A DNA stretch of 64,000 nt from a bacterium (GTDB taxonomy: Bacteria > SAR324 > NAC60-12), in assembly GCA_965205865.1 (NCBI GenBank), contig CBDBHR010000029.1, positions 800,001-864,000 of the forward strand, in the 5' to 3' direction. How positions within the stretch are numbered: the stretch's first letter is position 1; each line of letters begins with the position of its first letter. Below the pieces are notes generated by a model. It saw nothing but the letters and a program-made list of their open reading frames with translations. It did not search any database and was not told the DNA's origin. Below are positions 40,292 to 49,330 of this stretch, piece by piece. Position numbers and translations under genes: made by a program.

Positions 40292-41248
40292 TCAGCCGAC
40301 TTGACCAATGGGCGGAAATCCGTGTTGCTCCCGATGGTATTGCGAATCGAAGAATTGCGTGCTTTTGAACCATTCGTAACGACCATCGGAGGCTTCCTTG
40401 CTGACACTTTTCAGCAAATTCTTGTGCTCCGCTTCCAAGATGGACGAAAAGGCGTGAGCAATTTCTATATCTTGTTTCAAATTTTCCAGCGATTCGATGC
40501 CGCAGACAAGGGTGCTGATGGGCAAGGATAGGGCAAAACCCCGGCACTGTTTAGCAGTCAGTCCAAGTTCAGTGATTGGTTGTCCGCGTCCTCCCAGACT
40601 TTTCATGCCAATCACCCCAATATTTCGGCGTTTCAGTTCCGGTAGGGTTTCGTTTTGAAAACTGCGGTAATGGGCGTCAAAAATGTTGATGGGCAACTGA
40701 CAGGTATCCCAGTCAAAGTTTTTTGCGAGCATTTTCTTCATGATGTGCGGACTCTTGTGCCCGGTAAAACCGATGAAACGTATCTTTCCGGCCTGTCGTG
40801 CCGCCAGTGCCACTTCAAGAGCTCCATCGGCTTGGAAAATCCACTCAGGATCGTTGTCGTAGTTGATCTCGTGAAATTGCCAGACATCGATGACGTCGGT
40901 TTGCAGCCGACGCAGACTGTCGCGCAATTGCGCCTCGGCCGTTTGCCGGTCGCGCCCACAGACTTTGGTCATCAGCGTAACTTGGTCGCGACGGCCTTTC
41001 AGTGCCAATCCCATTCTGCGTTCAGATTCACCTTGATGGTATTCCCACGCATTGTCCATGAACGTCACACCCGCTTCGATTGCGCTATGTATCAATTGAA
41101 CTGATGCTTTTTCATCGAGATGAGGACGGATATAGTGCGCGCCACCAAAACCGATAATTGAGACCCTCAACCCAGTCTTTCCTAACTCACGGACTGGCAT
41201 TCCAGCCGCATTTCGTTCCATTTCTTGCGTCATTGATTTGCTCTCCAC
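40292..41248 (-). CDS. Aldo/keto reductase
   Basis: LGKTG, DNAWEY, SLRRLQTD, GKIRFIGFTGH. Confidence 0.92.
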   Translation of the reverse strand: MESKSMTQEMERNAAGMPVRELGKTGLRVSIIGFGGAHYIRPHLDEKASVQLIHSAIEAGVTFMDNAWEYHQGESERRMGLALKGRRDQVTLMTKVCGRDRQTAEAQLRDSLRRLQTDVIDVWQFHEINYDNDPEWIFQADGALEVALAARQAGKIRFIGFTGHKSPHIMKKMLAKNFDWDTCQLPINIFDAHYRSFQNETLPELKRRNIGVIGMKSLGGRGQPITELGLTAKQCRGFALSLPISTLVCGIESLENLKQDIEIAHAFSSILEAEHKNLLKSVSKEASDGRYEWFKSTQFFDSQYHREQHGFPPIGQVG

Positions 41249-41304
41249 TGTTTTTATTATGAATTTAATTAACGGTTATATTTTTTTCTGCAACTACCAG
41301 CATT

Positions 41305-41901
41305 TCAAAACAGCTGACGGCCTGAAAATGCTTCAATCAACGTCACATCATCCACATATTCCAAATCACCCCCCGCCGGGATTCCCCGCGCCAATCGAGT
41401 GATCTTTACAGCTTTTTGCCCAAAAGCTTGCTGTAGAAACAGAGAAGTTGCTTCTCCTTTGACCGTAGGGTGGGTCGCTAAGATCAATTCCTGTACGTCC
41501 CCGCTTTGCAGACGGTGTTTCAATTCCGAAATTTTGAGCTGCTCCGGTCCTATGCCATCCAAAGGAGAAATTGTCCCCATGAGAACATGATACAATCCGT
41601 AATAAACACCGCTTTTTTCGATGGGGAAAACATTGTTTGGTTGCTCGACTACGCAAATAATACTGCGGTTGCGAGTTTCATCCCGGCAAATAGGACAGGG
41701 ATCGGATTCGGTAAAGGAAAAACAAATCGAGCAATGGCGTATGCGCCGCTTGACGTCCATAATGGCTTCCGCCAAATTTTTAACTTCATCTTCCGAGTAT
41801 TGTAATATACCGAATACCAGTCGTAGCGCAGTTTTTCGGCCAATGCTGGGAAGTTTGGACAGTTCTTGCATGAGACGATCCAGGGATTCCGGGATTTGCA
41901 T
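41305..41901 (-). CDS. recR: Recombination mediator RecR
   Basis: LPSIGRKTA, C4 zinc finger, Toprim ICVVE. Confidence 0.97.
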   Translation of the reverse strand: MQIPESLDRLMQELSKLPSIGRKTALRLVFGILQYSEDEVKNLAEAIMDVKRRIRHCSICFSFTESDPCPICRDETRNRSIICVVEQPNNVFPIEKSGVYYGLYHVLMGTISPLDGIGPEQLKISELKHRLQSGDVQELILATHPTVKGEATSLFLQQAFGQKAVKITRLARGIPAGGDLEYVDDVTLIEAFSGRQLF

Positions 41902-41913
41902 AGTTGTGTTTCA

Positions 41914-42423
41914 TTATTTCTGTTTTGTTTGAGGAAAATGTTTATCAGCCTGTCGGACATTCGTGATCAAGATACCGGTTGGTTGCGCCTTAACGAATTC
42001 AATCCCATTTTCCAGAGGGTCCCATTCGTCCAAATAGGGAGTTACCTTTTCTTTGGCTATCAATTCCAAACGGTGCTGGAATTCCCTCTCATTGGCCTTG
42101 ATTTGTTCCAACAACTGCTCATTCCCCAGCCACTTGCGGATAATTTTGTTTTTGATATCCGATATTTTTCCGGACACTTTTTCCAAGATTGCCAGGTTAC
42201 GCTGGGAGATGGTATATTCGGCACGCGCGTCAATGGCCACTTCCACCTCTTCTACAAGCGTACCACATTTATGAATCCTGCCCCCTGGCATCTGCAATTC
42301 GGTGTATTCGGTAGCTTGACAAGTGGGGCAATGCATCCACACAATTATTGCGGGAATGGGTGCTGATTTGTCAGCGATTTCTTTTTTTTGCCGCCATTGT
42401 TTGAGATCAATCACCTTGTTCAT
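41914..42423 (-). CDS. Hypothetical protein with a CxxC...HxC putative zinc ribbon and a coiled coil
   Basis: HCPTC...HKCG, GGAG RBS, 12 nt upstream of recR. Confidence 0.7.
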   Translation of the reverse strand: MNKVIDLKQWRQKKEIADKSAPIPAIIVWMHCPTCQATEYTELQMPGGRIHKCGTLVEEVEVAIDARAEYTISQRNLAILEKVSGKISDIKNKIIRKWLGNEQLLEQIKANEREFQHRLELIAKEKVTPYLDEWDPLENGIEFVKAQPTGILITNVRQADKHFPQTKQK

Positions 42424-42606
42424 GCCTGCTCCCGTTGAAATAGATATGTTTCTATTATAAAGTAATCGCCCGAAAATGCCAAATCAGTAATGACTCGAAT
42501 TTGCGTTCAACTTGGGTTTTTTCTGGCTTGTCTGAATGGGCAAGAGACAAGGACTCTTTTCGCGTCCAATTATTAAAGACGTTATTTGCATTCTTAAACA
42601 AGAACA

Positions 42607-43563
42607 ATGAAACAGAATTTTTCGAAATTCCTCCCTCTTTTGATTTTGGGATTGATCTTTTTCTGGATTCCCACTCTTGCCATTGCGGAAGACCGGCAAA
42701 TCGCAGGGCAGCCTTGGTGGATCTGGCCCATCTTGCTCTTTGGGCTGACGTTTTTTATCGGAGTTGGTGGAGTAATGGCAGGAATTGGTGGGGGAGTCTT
42801 GTTCGTACCGTTTGTCAGCGGATTTTTCCCCTTTCACATTGATTTTGTGAGAGGAGCCGGATTGATGATTGCATTGGGCAGCTCCCTGGCTGCGGCTCCC
42901 AATTTGCTCAAAACAAACGTTGCCAGTCTCAAACTAGCTCTGCCTGCGGCATTGATTGCCTCCGGTTTTTCCATCATCGGCGCTCTCAGCGGCCTGTGGT
43001 TATCGCAGATCAATCCGGCATATATACAGATCAGTCTGGGAATTTTGATTTTCCTCATTGTTTTGCTCATGCTTTTTTCCAGTAATACGCTCTATCCGGA
43101 GGTCAAATCGGGAAATATTCTCACTGAAGCCCTGGGACTGAATGGTGTTTTTTATGAACCAACCCTGAATCGTCAAGTATCATGGAGCGTGCATCGAACA
43201 GCCAAGGGGTTAATGGCTTTCAGCCTGAGTGGCTTTCTGTCAGGTATGTTTGGATTAGGTGCAGGTTGGGCCAATGTTCCGATATTCAACCTGATCATGG
43301 GGGCTCCCTTAAAAATTTCAGTAGCCACCAGCAGCTTTGCCCTTTCCATCACCGACACCACGGCAATTTGGATTTACTTCAACCAAGGAGCGATTCTCCC
43401 CATTATCGTTATTCCCTCTCTGGCGGGTGTCATGATTGGTGGCAAAATCGGAGGACATTTGCTGCCCAAAGTCAATCCCACTCTGACACGAAAATTTGTG
43501 ATTGGCGTCTTAGCGCTGGCCGCCTTTTGCTCTTTGCTGAAAGGGATTTGGATTGTGATTTAA
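42607..43563 (+). CDS. TauE/SafE-family sulfite/sulfur-compound exporter
   Basis: Repeated GIGGGVLFVP and GLGAGWANVP motifs, ATS motif, many TMs. Confidence 0.9.
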   Translation: MKQNFSKFLPLLILGLIFFWIPTLAIAEDRQIAGQPWWIWPILLFGLTFFIGVGGVMAGIGGGVLFVPFVSGFFPFHIDFVRGAGLMIALGSSLAAAPNLLKTNVASLKLALPAALIASGFSIIGALSGLWLSQINPAYIQISLGILIFLIVLLMLFSSNTLYPEVKSGNILTEALGLNGVFYEPTLNRQVSWSVHRTAKGLMAFSLSGFLSGMFGLGAGWANVPIFNLIMGAPLKISVATSSFALSITDTTAIWIYFNQGAILPIIVIPSLAGVMIGGKIGGHLLPKVNPTLTRKFVIGVLALAAFCSLLKGIWIVI

Positions 43564-43615
43564 AACTTTATATTTGAAGATATGGTCTGATAATGTTATT
43601 ATAAATGGAAATCGT

Positions 43616-44029
43616 ATGAAATTGAAATATGAGAACCTGGAAATTCAACGTCGCTATGCGGAAGTGTTGAGACGGGTCTGTAATTTAGGTCTGGTCTTCC
43701 TTTTTCTCACCTTTGCGCTCTATGTACTCGGCATTGTCAAACCCCTGATACCCTTGGAATCAATGCCTCAGTATTGGAACCTGCCTCTGCAAGAATTCTT
43801 GCTGCAAACCGGCGCCCCCAGAGGTTGGGAATGGATCGAGCATATCGGAAAGGCCGATTATCTCACCTTCATCGGACTGATCATTCTTGCAGGCGTGACT
43901 GGAGTTTGTTACCTCTTATTACTGTTCTTTTTTGTTAAAACAAGGAAGCTATTGTATATTGTTTTGGTTAGTACGGAGTTTTTATTGATTGCTTTTGCTG
44001 CCTCCAACCTTTTCGAATTGGGACATTGA
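43616..44029 (+). CDS. DUF1634-like membrane partner of TauE
   Basis: Three TMs, P.GW.W...DYL.F.G pattern, located directly after TauE. Confidence 0.7.
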   Translation: MKLKYENLEIQRRYAEVLRRVCNLGLVFLFLTFALYVLGIVKPLIPLESMPQYWNLPLQEFLLQTGAPRGWEWIEHIGKADYLTFIGLIILAGVTGVCYLLLLFFFVKTRKLLYIVLVSTEFLLIAFAASNLFELGH

Positions 44030-44050
44030 TCAGCAAAATCCGGAGCCGTC

Positions 44051-45223
44051 ATGAGTGATGTAACCAGCATGAAAACCGCATTCAGAGAAGGGTATACGAC
44101 TTTATTTGGTCGGCAATGGCCCTATTGGGTGGCAGGTATTTTGCTTGGAGGGATCAATGTATTCATGTTTGCTTACGCACGTCCCTGGAGTTCGGCGGAT
44201 GGCATCAGAAATTGGGGAGATTGGTTTTATAAGACAATCGGAGCATCTGATCAAATCATCATCGATCCCCATCTTTACTCCACCTCCGTGCTCAACTTTG
44301 GTTTGATTGTCGGAAGCATGGCTGCTGCTTTGTTTGCCAGGCAGTTTGCTGTGCGGATCGCTCCTTTTCGTGAGCTTCTCAAAGGGTTAGTCGGAGGAAC
44401 TTTGATGGGAATTGGCTCCAGCCTTGCCTTTGGTTGCAACATCGGGGGATTTTTCAGCGCCACCAGCGCCTTGTCTCTATCAGGACCCACCATGATGCTG
44501 GGATTGCTCATGGGGGCGGTTATCGGACTAAAATTGCTCATTTGGGAAGTTGAATTCCTACCTGCTTCTACTGCCTCTCCTTCACGGCCTGCCTCTACAA
44601 AGCAGAGGCAGAGACAACCGGCAATAGCGGTCGTTCTTCTTCTTCTGGCCACGATCATAGTCTTCCTGTACGATGGCTTCGAGTATCAAGAGCGGGCAGG
44701 GTTGCTGTTTTTTGGTTTGCTGATCGGCATTGTTATGCAACGTTCCCAATTTTGTTTTGTACGCGCTTTTCGCGAGCCTTTTATGACAGGACAGGGTGAT
44801 GCTACCAAAGCAGTCGCCTTAGCTATCATCATAAGCGTCAGTGGTTTTAGTATTTTAAAATGGACAGATCTACGAGAATGGGATACAATGGTATCTTCCG
44901 GATTCTGGATTGGTAGTCTGATCGGAGGAATCGTTTTCGGAATCGGCATGTCCTTTGCGGGAGGGTGCGGTTCAAGCTGCATTTGGAGAGCAGGGGAAGG
45001 CCATGTGAAGTTGTGGCTGGCTCTGTTGACTTTTTCGTTGGTCGGCTCTTATTTCAGAGGATGGCTTGACGAGAGCGGCTGGCTGATGAAATTAGGAACC
45101 CAGGTATTTCTGCCTGACGTCATGGGTTGGAAACTGGCATATCTTACCATCATCGCCATCATGCTGCTTTGGTACTTGGTAGCAAGTTGGAATGAAATCA
45201 AGGGGAAACTGATCATTTCTTGA
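44051..45223 (+). CDS. YeeE/YedE (TsuA/SoxT-like) thiosulfate/sulfur transporter
   Basis: Conserved Cys motifs FGCNIG, RSQFCF and GGCGSSC; duplicated membrane halves. Confidence 0.9.
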   Translation: MSDVTSMKTAFREGYTTLFGRQWPYWVAGILLGGINVFMFAYARPWSSADGIRNWGDWFYKTIGASDQIIIDPHLYSTSVLNFGLIVGSMAAALFARQFAVRIAPFRELLKGLVGGTLMGIGSSLAFGCNIGGFFSATSALSLSGPTMMLGLLMGAVIGLKLLIWEVEFLPASTASPSRPASTKQRQRQPAIAVVLLLLATIIVFLYDGFEYQERAGLLFFGLLIGIVMQRSQFCFVRAFREPFMTGQGDATKAVALAIIISVSGFSILKWTDLREWDTMVSSGFWIGSLIGGIVFGIGMSFAGGCGSSCIWRAGEGHVKLWLALLTFSLVGSYFRGWLDESGWLMKLGTQVFLPDVMGWKLAYLTIIAIMLLWYLVASWNEIKGKLIIS

Positions 45224-45354
45224 GTCATGTCTTTGCTGTCTCTCTTTTGATCAGTAGAATTATTAAATGAAGCAGTTCTGGAACAAGTTGATCTGAGTCA
45301 ATCTCAAAAAGGGTGAATGTCGCTCTTGTCTTTCATCACTGGGAAAGGGAAAAT

Positions 45355-46674
45355 ATGAAAAAAAAATTCAGTCTATATTCAATCTTTTTAATCGTGCTCT
45401 TATGCTTTGCCGCAAACAGCGCGATGGCCGGTAAAAAATTTGGCGCTCCTACCGAAGGAATGACAAGTGCCGAGTATCAGAATTTGGTTTTCCTCGATCC
45501 TCAAAATACGGTCCGCATGGACTGGGATGCGGTGCGTAACCTGTCGGGGTATTTTTTCATAGACAATCAGGGAGAACCCACGGTTTCCGTCGTGGATTAC
45601 TTCCAAGAAAAAACGATCAAAAAAATCGATATGGGAGAGAATGGGAACCATCATATTTTTGTGATTCCAGGAGCTCGATACGTCTACTCTTCCCAGCGTT
45701 ATGAAAAAGATGTAATCTGGGTCATTGATCTGTTGACACTGGAGGTGGCCAAAAAAATCCATTTGAGCCGAGGTGGCAAACAAGTGATTGCCCCTCTGCA
45801 CATTGGCTTTGCTTACACCCAAGCGCTGGCTGTTACGGGAAATATTCTCGATAAAGAACATGGATATTTGACTTTCATAAACACTGCCACCCACGAAACA
45901 GATAGCATTGTGGAATTGACGTGCCATGGCGCTCGTGATGCCATGTTCACTCTGGACGATTCCAAAGTTTTTACGAGTTGTCAACAAGAGCCGAAAGGAA
46001 TGGCAGTTGTCGACGTTCAGAAAAGAAAACAGATCAAAATAGTACCTCTCAAGGGCAGTAGAACCGGAGCCATGACACCTGATGGTCAATATTATATCGT
46101 CGGAGCCTCCGGAGCATTTCATATTTTTGATACCGGTACCACTGAGTTGGTCAGATCTATCGAAGTGCCGGGCGGGGCTGGAAATGTGACCTGTCTCAAA
46201 GATAGTTCCAAATGCTATGGCGGTTTGAGAAAAGCAAAGGCTGTGGCAGTGTTGGATATGAAGAAGCTGGAGTTGATCAAAACAATCGAGACCGGTCCTG
46301 ATGCCAACAGGCTTTATTTAAACCCCGCCAATCCTCGTTATGGAATTTTTGCCAATGAAGGTGGTAAGTCCGATTTCGTCACTGTCATTGACACGGTGGC
46401 CGATGTTGCGATGAAAAACATCTACACAGGTCTGGGACCGCACAACGTAGCGTTCAATCCTGCAGGAACCCATGCGATTGTTTCCACCAAAAAAGAGCCG
46501 GTGGCCACCCTGATAGATACGTCATCAGCCAATCCTATGGATTGGGAGACTCTCACCACTGATATCGATTCAGGTATCCAAAACAATGGGGTCCGCTGGG
46601 TTCCCCATCCGGATGAGTTGAAACAATTGTTGGGAATGGTGGTGACGAAGGAACTTATCCTGGCGAGTAAATAA
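45355..46674 (+). CDS. Secreted YVTN/YncE-like beta-propeller protein
   Basis: Sec signal peptide; repeated V.VID....K.I..G blades. Confidence 0.85.
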   Translation: MKKKFSLYSIFLIVLLCFAANSAMAGKKFGAPTEGMTSAEYQNLVFLDPQNTVRMDWDAVRNLSGYFFIDNQGEPTVSVVDYFQEKTIKKIDMGENGNHHIFVIPGARYVYSSQRYEKDVIWVIDLLTLEVAKKIHLSRGGKQVIAPLHIGFAYTQALAVTGNILDKEHGYLTFINTATHETDSIVELTCHGARDAMFTLDDSKVFTSCQQEPKGMAVVDVQKRKQIKIVPLKGSRTGAMTPDGQYYIVGASGAFHIFDTGTTELVRSIEVPGGAGNVTCLKDSSKCYGGLRKAKAVAVLDMKKLELIKTIETGPDANRLYLNPANPRYGIFANEGGKSDFVTVIDTVADVAMKNIYTGLGPHNVAFNPAGTHAIVSTKKEPVATLIDTSSANPMDWETLTTDIDSGIQNNGVRWVPHPDELKQLLGMVVTKELILASK

Positions 46675-46690
46675 AAGTTTGTCTCCTTGC

Positions 46691-46728
46691 CCCCTCTTCT
46701 CCCGGAAACAGGGCGGGGAGGGGTTTTT
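46691..46728 (+). terminator. Intrinsic terminator-like hairpin between the propeller and soxY-like genes
   Basis: CCCCTCTTCTCCC-GGAAACA-GGGCGGGGAGGGG followed by TTTTT. Confidence 0.55.
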
Positions 46729-46768
46729 CACAAGTTCCTATTCAATCATGCAGTACGGAGGAAGAACG

Positions 46769-47248
46769 ATGAAATCAGAAAATGTCATCACAAGAAGAAA
46801 ATTCTTGCAGTACGCGGCCATTGGAGGAATGGCAGTCCCGGTATTTTCCAACTTGGTAATGCCCAATGCGGTACAAGGGGCTGTGACTCGTGAAATTTTC
46901 CGTTTCCCTCGAGATCTGAAGAATCTGACTGATGCGCAGCGCATGCATCTTCCCAAGGTCACTATGCCTCCCGTCGTTGAAGATGGCAGTCAGGCGCCGA
47001 TTGTGGTGGAAATGGATCATCCGATGGACCCGGACCACTATATCAGGAGTATCCAAATAGTCAGTTTTAATGATCCTGTCGTGAATAAGGGGCAGTTTTA
47101 CTTCACTCCCGCCAATGGTGAAGTTTACCTGGGCACCCAAATTCGCTTGGATGGTGGTGAGAGTACCGTATGGGTCATTGCCGAGTGTAACCAGGACGGT
47201 CTGTTTGCAATCAGTAGATCCGTCAAGGTGGCTGCCGGGGGATGCTAG
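46769..47248 (+). CDS. soxY: Tat-exported SoxY-like sulfur carrier with desulfoferrodoxin/SOR-type motifs (divergent)
   Basis: Tat motif TRRKFLQ, P.VVEDG...P, C-terminal VKVAAGGC; also HLP, HPM...HYI and CNQDG. GGAGG RBS. Confidence 0.75.
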   Translation: MKSENVITRRKFLQYAAIGGMAVPVFSNLVMPNAVQGAVTREIFRFPRDLKNLTDAQRMHLPKVTMPPVVEDGSQAPIVVEMDHPMDPDHYIRSIQIVSFNDPVVNKGQFYFTPANGEVYLGTQIRLDGGESTVWVIAECNQDGLFAISRSVKVAAGGC

Positions 47249-48885
47249 TGATGTGGAGAAGAATTGCCTCGATACTGGTCAAGATAACCAACCTTTTGAT
47301 CCTGTTCCTTTTCACATTCACGGGAAACTCTCCGCAAGCCTCCGAGATTGAGGGTTCCCACCCGATCGATCAGAAAAAAACGTGGGAGGAAATTCGGATT
47401 ATCTCGACCAATGATATCCACTATTACTTACACCCACTCTACTATCGATATATCGATGAAGTTCGACCTTGGGGAGCTCAATCCAGGGACGGGAATTATA
47501 TTGCAAAAGCAAGACTCGAGGGGAAAATTGGGGGGATGGCCCATGTGGCCACGGTGATCGAGAGGCTTCGCGGCGAAAAACCTGGAAAATCACTGGTTGT
47601 GGATGCCGGAGATACCTGGCATGGCTCTGCATTTTCGCTCGTGGACCGGGGTGAATCGATGGTCAGGATCTTGAATACTATCGGCTATGACGTGATGGCG
47701 CTCGGCAATTGGGATTTTTACTATGAGGAAGAGCAGTTTCTGAATTTAGTGGAACAAGCCCGATTCCCGGTACTGGCTTACAATCTCGTTGACAAAGAAT
47801 GGGAAGAGCCGGTCCTGGAGCAATTTACAATCAAGCAGGTAGGAAAACTGAAAGTCGCGATCGTGGGGATGACCTATCCCTGGACTGCCCTTACATCTGC
47901 AATTACAGGTGCTGCTCGATCGTACAAATTCGGAATCAGGGAAAATGAAGCTCAACTCTTGATCCGGCAAATCAGGGAGGAAGAAGATCCGGATCTCGTG
48001 ATATTTGTCTCTCATGGCGGCTATGGTCTGGATCAAAAGTTTGCGAAACGAGTGGATGGTATTGATGTTATAGTTAGCAGTCATACGCATGATGAAATTT
48101 TTCAACCCCTTGTCTGGAACGATACGATAATTTATCAAGCAGGCGCTCATGGAAAATATGTGGCCAAACTGGATCTCTGGGTCAAAGACAAGAAAGTGGT
48201 CGACTTCGATTATCAGTTGATCAAGATCAATAAAAAACGCATCCCAGCCCATCCTGAAGTCGCTCAAATCATTGAGGAAGCCTACCGTCCCCACAAAAAA
48301 AAACTGGAAGAGATCGTTGGAATATCCAAAAGCATGCTTTACCGGCGAGATTTTTGGCAAAGTACGCTGGGAAATCTGATCACCACCGCATTGCAGGATT
48401 CTGCCAAAACCGATATCGCTTTTTTCCCTGCCTGGAGGTTCGGCGCCACGCTGCTTCCGGGTAAAATCACTGTCGGAGACGTTTACAATATGGTACCCAC
48501 CCATGGACGGATCATCACTTATTCCATGCAGGGAGAGCAAATCAAAATGCTGCTGGAAAATATTCTGGGAAGTTTCACGGATGCGGATCCTTATGCTCGC
48601 GTGGGAGGGGATATGATCCGCTTTTCAGGTCTCAAAATCCGCTACGATTTGAACAGGAGAGTGAGAGATCGCATTGTTTCGCTGCGGATCGGAGACCAAC
48701 CTGTTGATTTAAATAAGTCCTACAGCATTGCATCCGTGCATACCCGTTTTCAAAACAATCCCCTCTTCGGGGCAACGAATATCAAAGATACCGGCAAAAT
48801 ATTTGTTGAGGAACTTATCCAATACATCCGAGAACACTCACCCCTCGTCTCTGAACTCGATGATAGGATAATGCCAGTTCAATGA
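47242..48885 (+). CDS. soxB: SoxB-like thiohydrolase (5'-nucleotidase/metallophosphoesterase family), divergent
   Basis: NDIH, DAGD.WHG, GNWDF, SHGG, SHTHD, plus SoxB-type GKIGG, LYRR, WRFG and GGDMIR segments; lies between SoxY-like and SoxZ-like genes. Confidence 0.75.
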   Translation: MLVMWRRIASILVKITNLLILFLFTFTGNSPQASEIEGSHPIDQKKTWEEIRIISTNDIHYYLHPLYYRYIDEVRPWGAQSRDGNYIAKARLEGKIGGMAHVATVIERLRGEKPGKSLVVDAGDTWHGSAFSLVDRGESMVRILNTIGYDVMALGNWDFYYEEEQFLNLVEQARFPVLAYNLVDKEWEEPVLEQFTIKQVGKLKVAIVGMTYPWTALTSAITGAARSYKFGIRENEAQLLIRQIREEEDPDLVIFVSHGGYGLDQKFAKRVDGIDVIVSSHTHDEIFQPLVWNDTIIYQAGAHGKYVAKLDLWVKDKKVVDFDYQLIKINKKRIPAHPEVAQIIEEAYRPHKKKLEEIVGISKSMLYRRDFWQSTLGNLITTALQDSAKTDIAFFPAWRFGATLLPGKITVGDVYNMVPTHGRIITYSMQGEQIKMLLENILGSFTDADPYARVGGDMIRFSGLKIRYDLNRRVRDRIVSLRIGDQPVDLNKSYSIASVHTRFQNNPLFGATNIKDTGKIFVEELIQYIREHSPLVSELDDRIMPVQ

Positions 48886-48933
48886 GCTAAAACAGTTTGC
48901 ATTAAAATATGGACCGTATCGAAAAAGGAAACC

Positions 48934-49284
48934 ATGGCTGAAAAAATCGCCCCCCCCCGCCTCCGTTTGCCGAGACGGATCAAGAAAGATCAAGTATTCA
49001 AAGTGAAGGTTAAATTCGACCACCCTTCGTTCACCGGGTTAGGACGGGTGGATGAGAAAACCCTGCCTCGTTTCAATCGGGCGGTACCAACTTCGTTCAT
49101 CCGCACAATGCTGGTTTACTATGGAGATGAGTTGGTCAACCGTTTCGCCATGAGTTCCGCGATTGCTGACTTTCCCCTCTTTACCTTCAAATTAAAAGCA
49201 ACCAAGGAAGCACCCGTCAAGGTGGTTTTTATCAACAATCATGGAGAACGTTGGGAAGTCTCCAAAGATGTAAAGCCCCGTTAA
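48934..49284 (+). CDS. soxZ: SoxZ-like carrier partner (no signal peptide)
   Basis: VKVKFDHP..TG...SAIADFPLFTFK...NNHG; size typical of SoxZ. Confidence 0.75.
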   Translation: MAEKIAPPRLRLPRRIKKDQVFKVKVKFDHPSFTGLGRVDEKTLPRFNRAVPTSFIRTMLVYYGDELVNRFAMSSAIADFPLFTFKLKATKEAPVKVVFINNHGERWEVSKDVKPR

Positions 49285-49330
49285 ATGAATATTTTATTTT
49301 TCAAAATAAAACGAGAATTGAGGGTCATTC

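Noticed and set aside
45355-46674. Nitrite reductase NirS, N2O reductase or thiocyanate dehydrogenase call
   Set aside because: No CxxCH, no CuA domain and no Tat signal; the specific ligand sets cannot be confirmed by eye.
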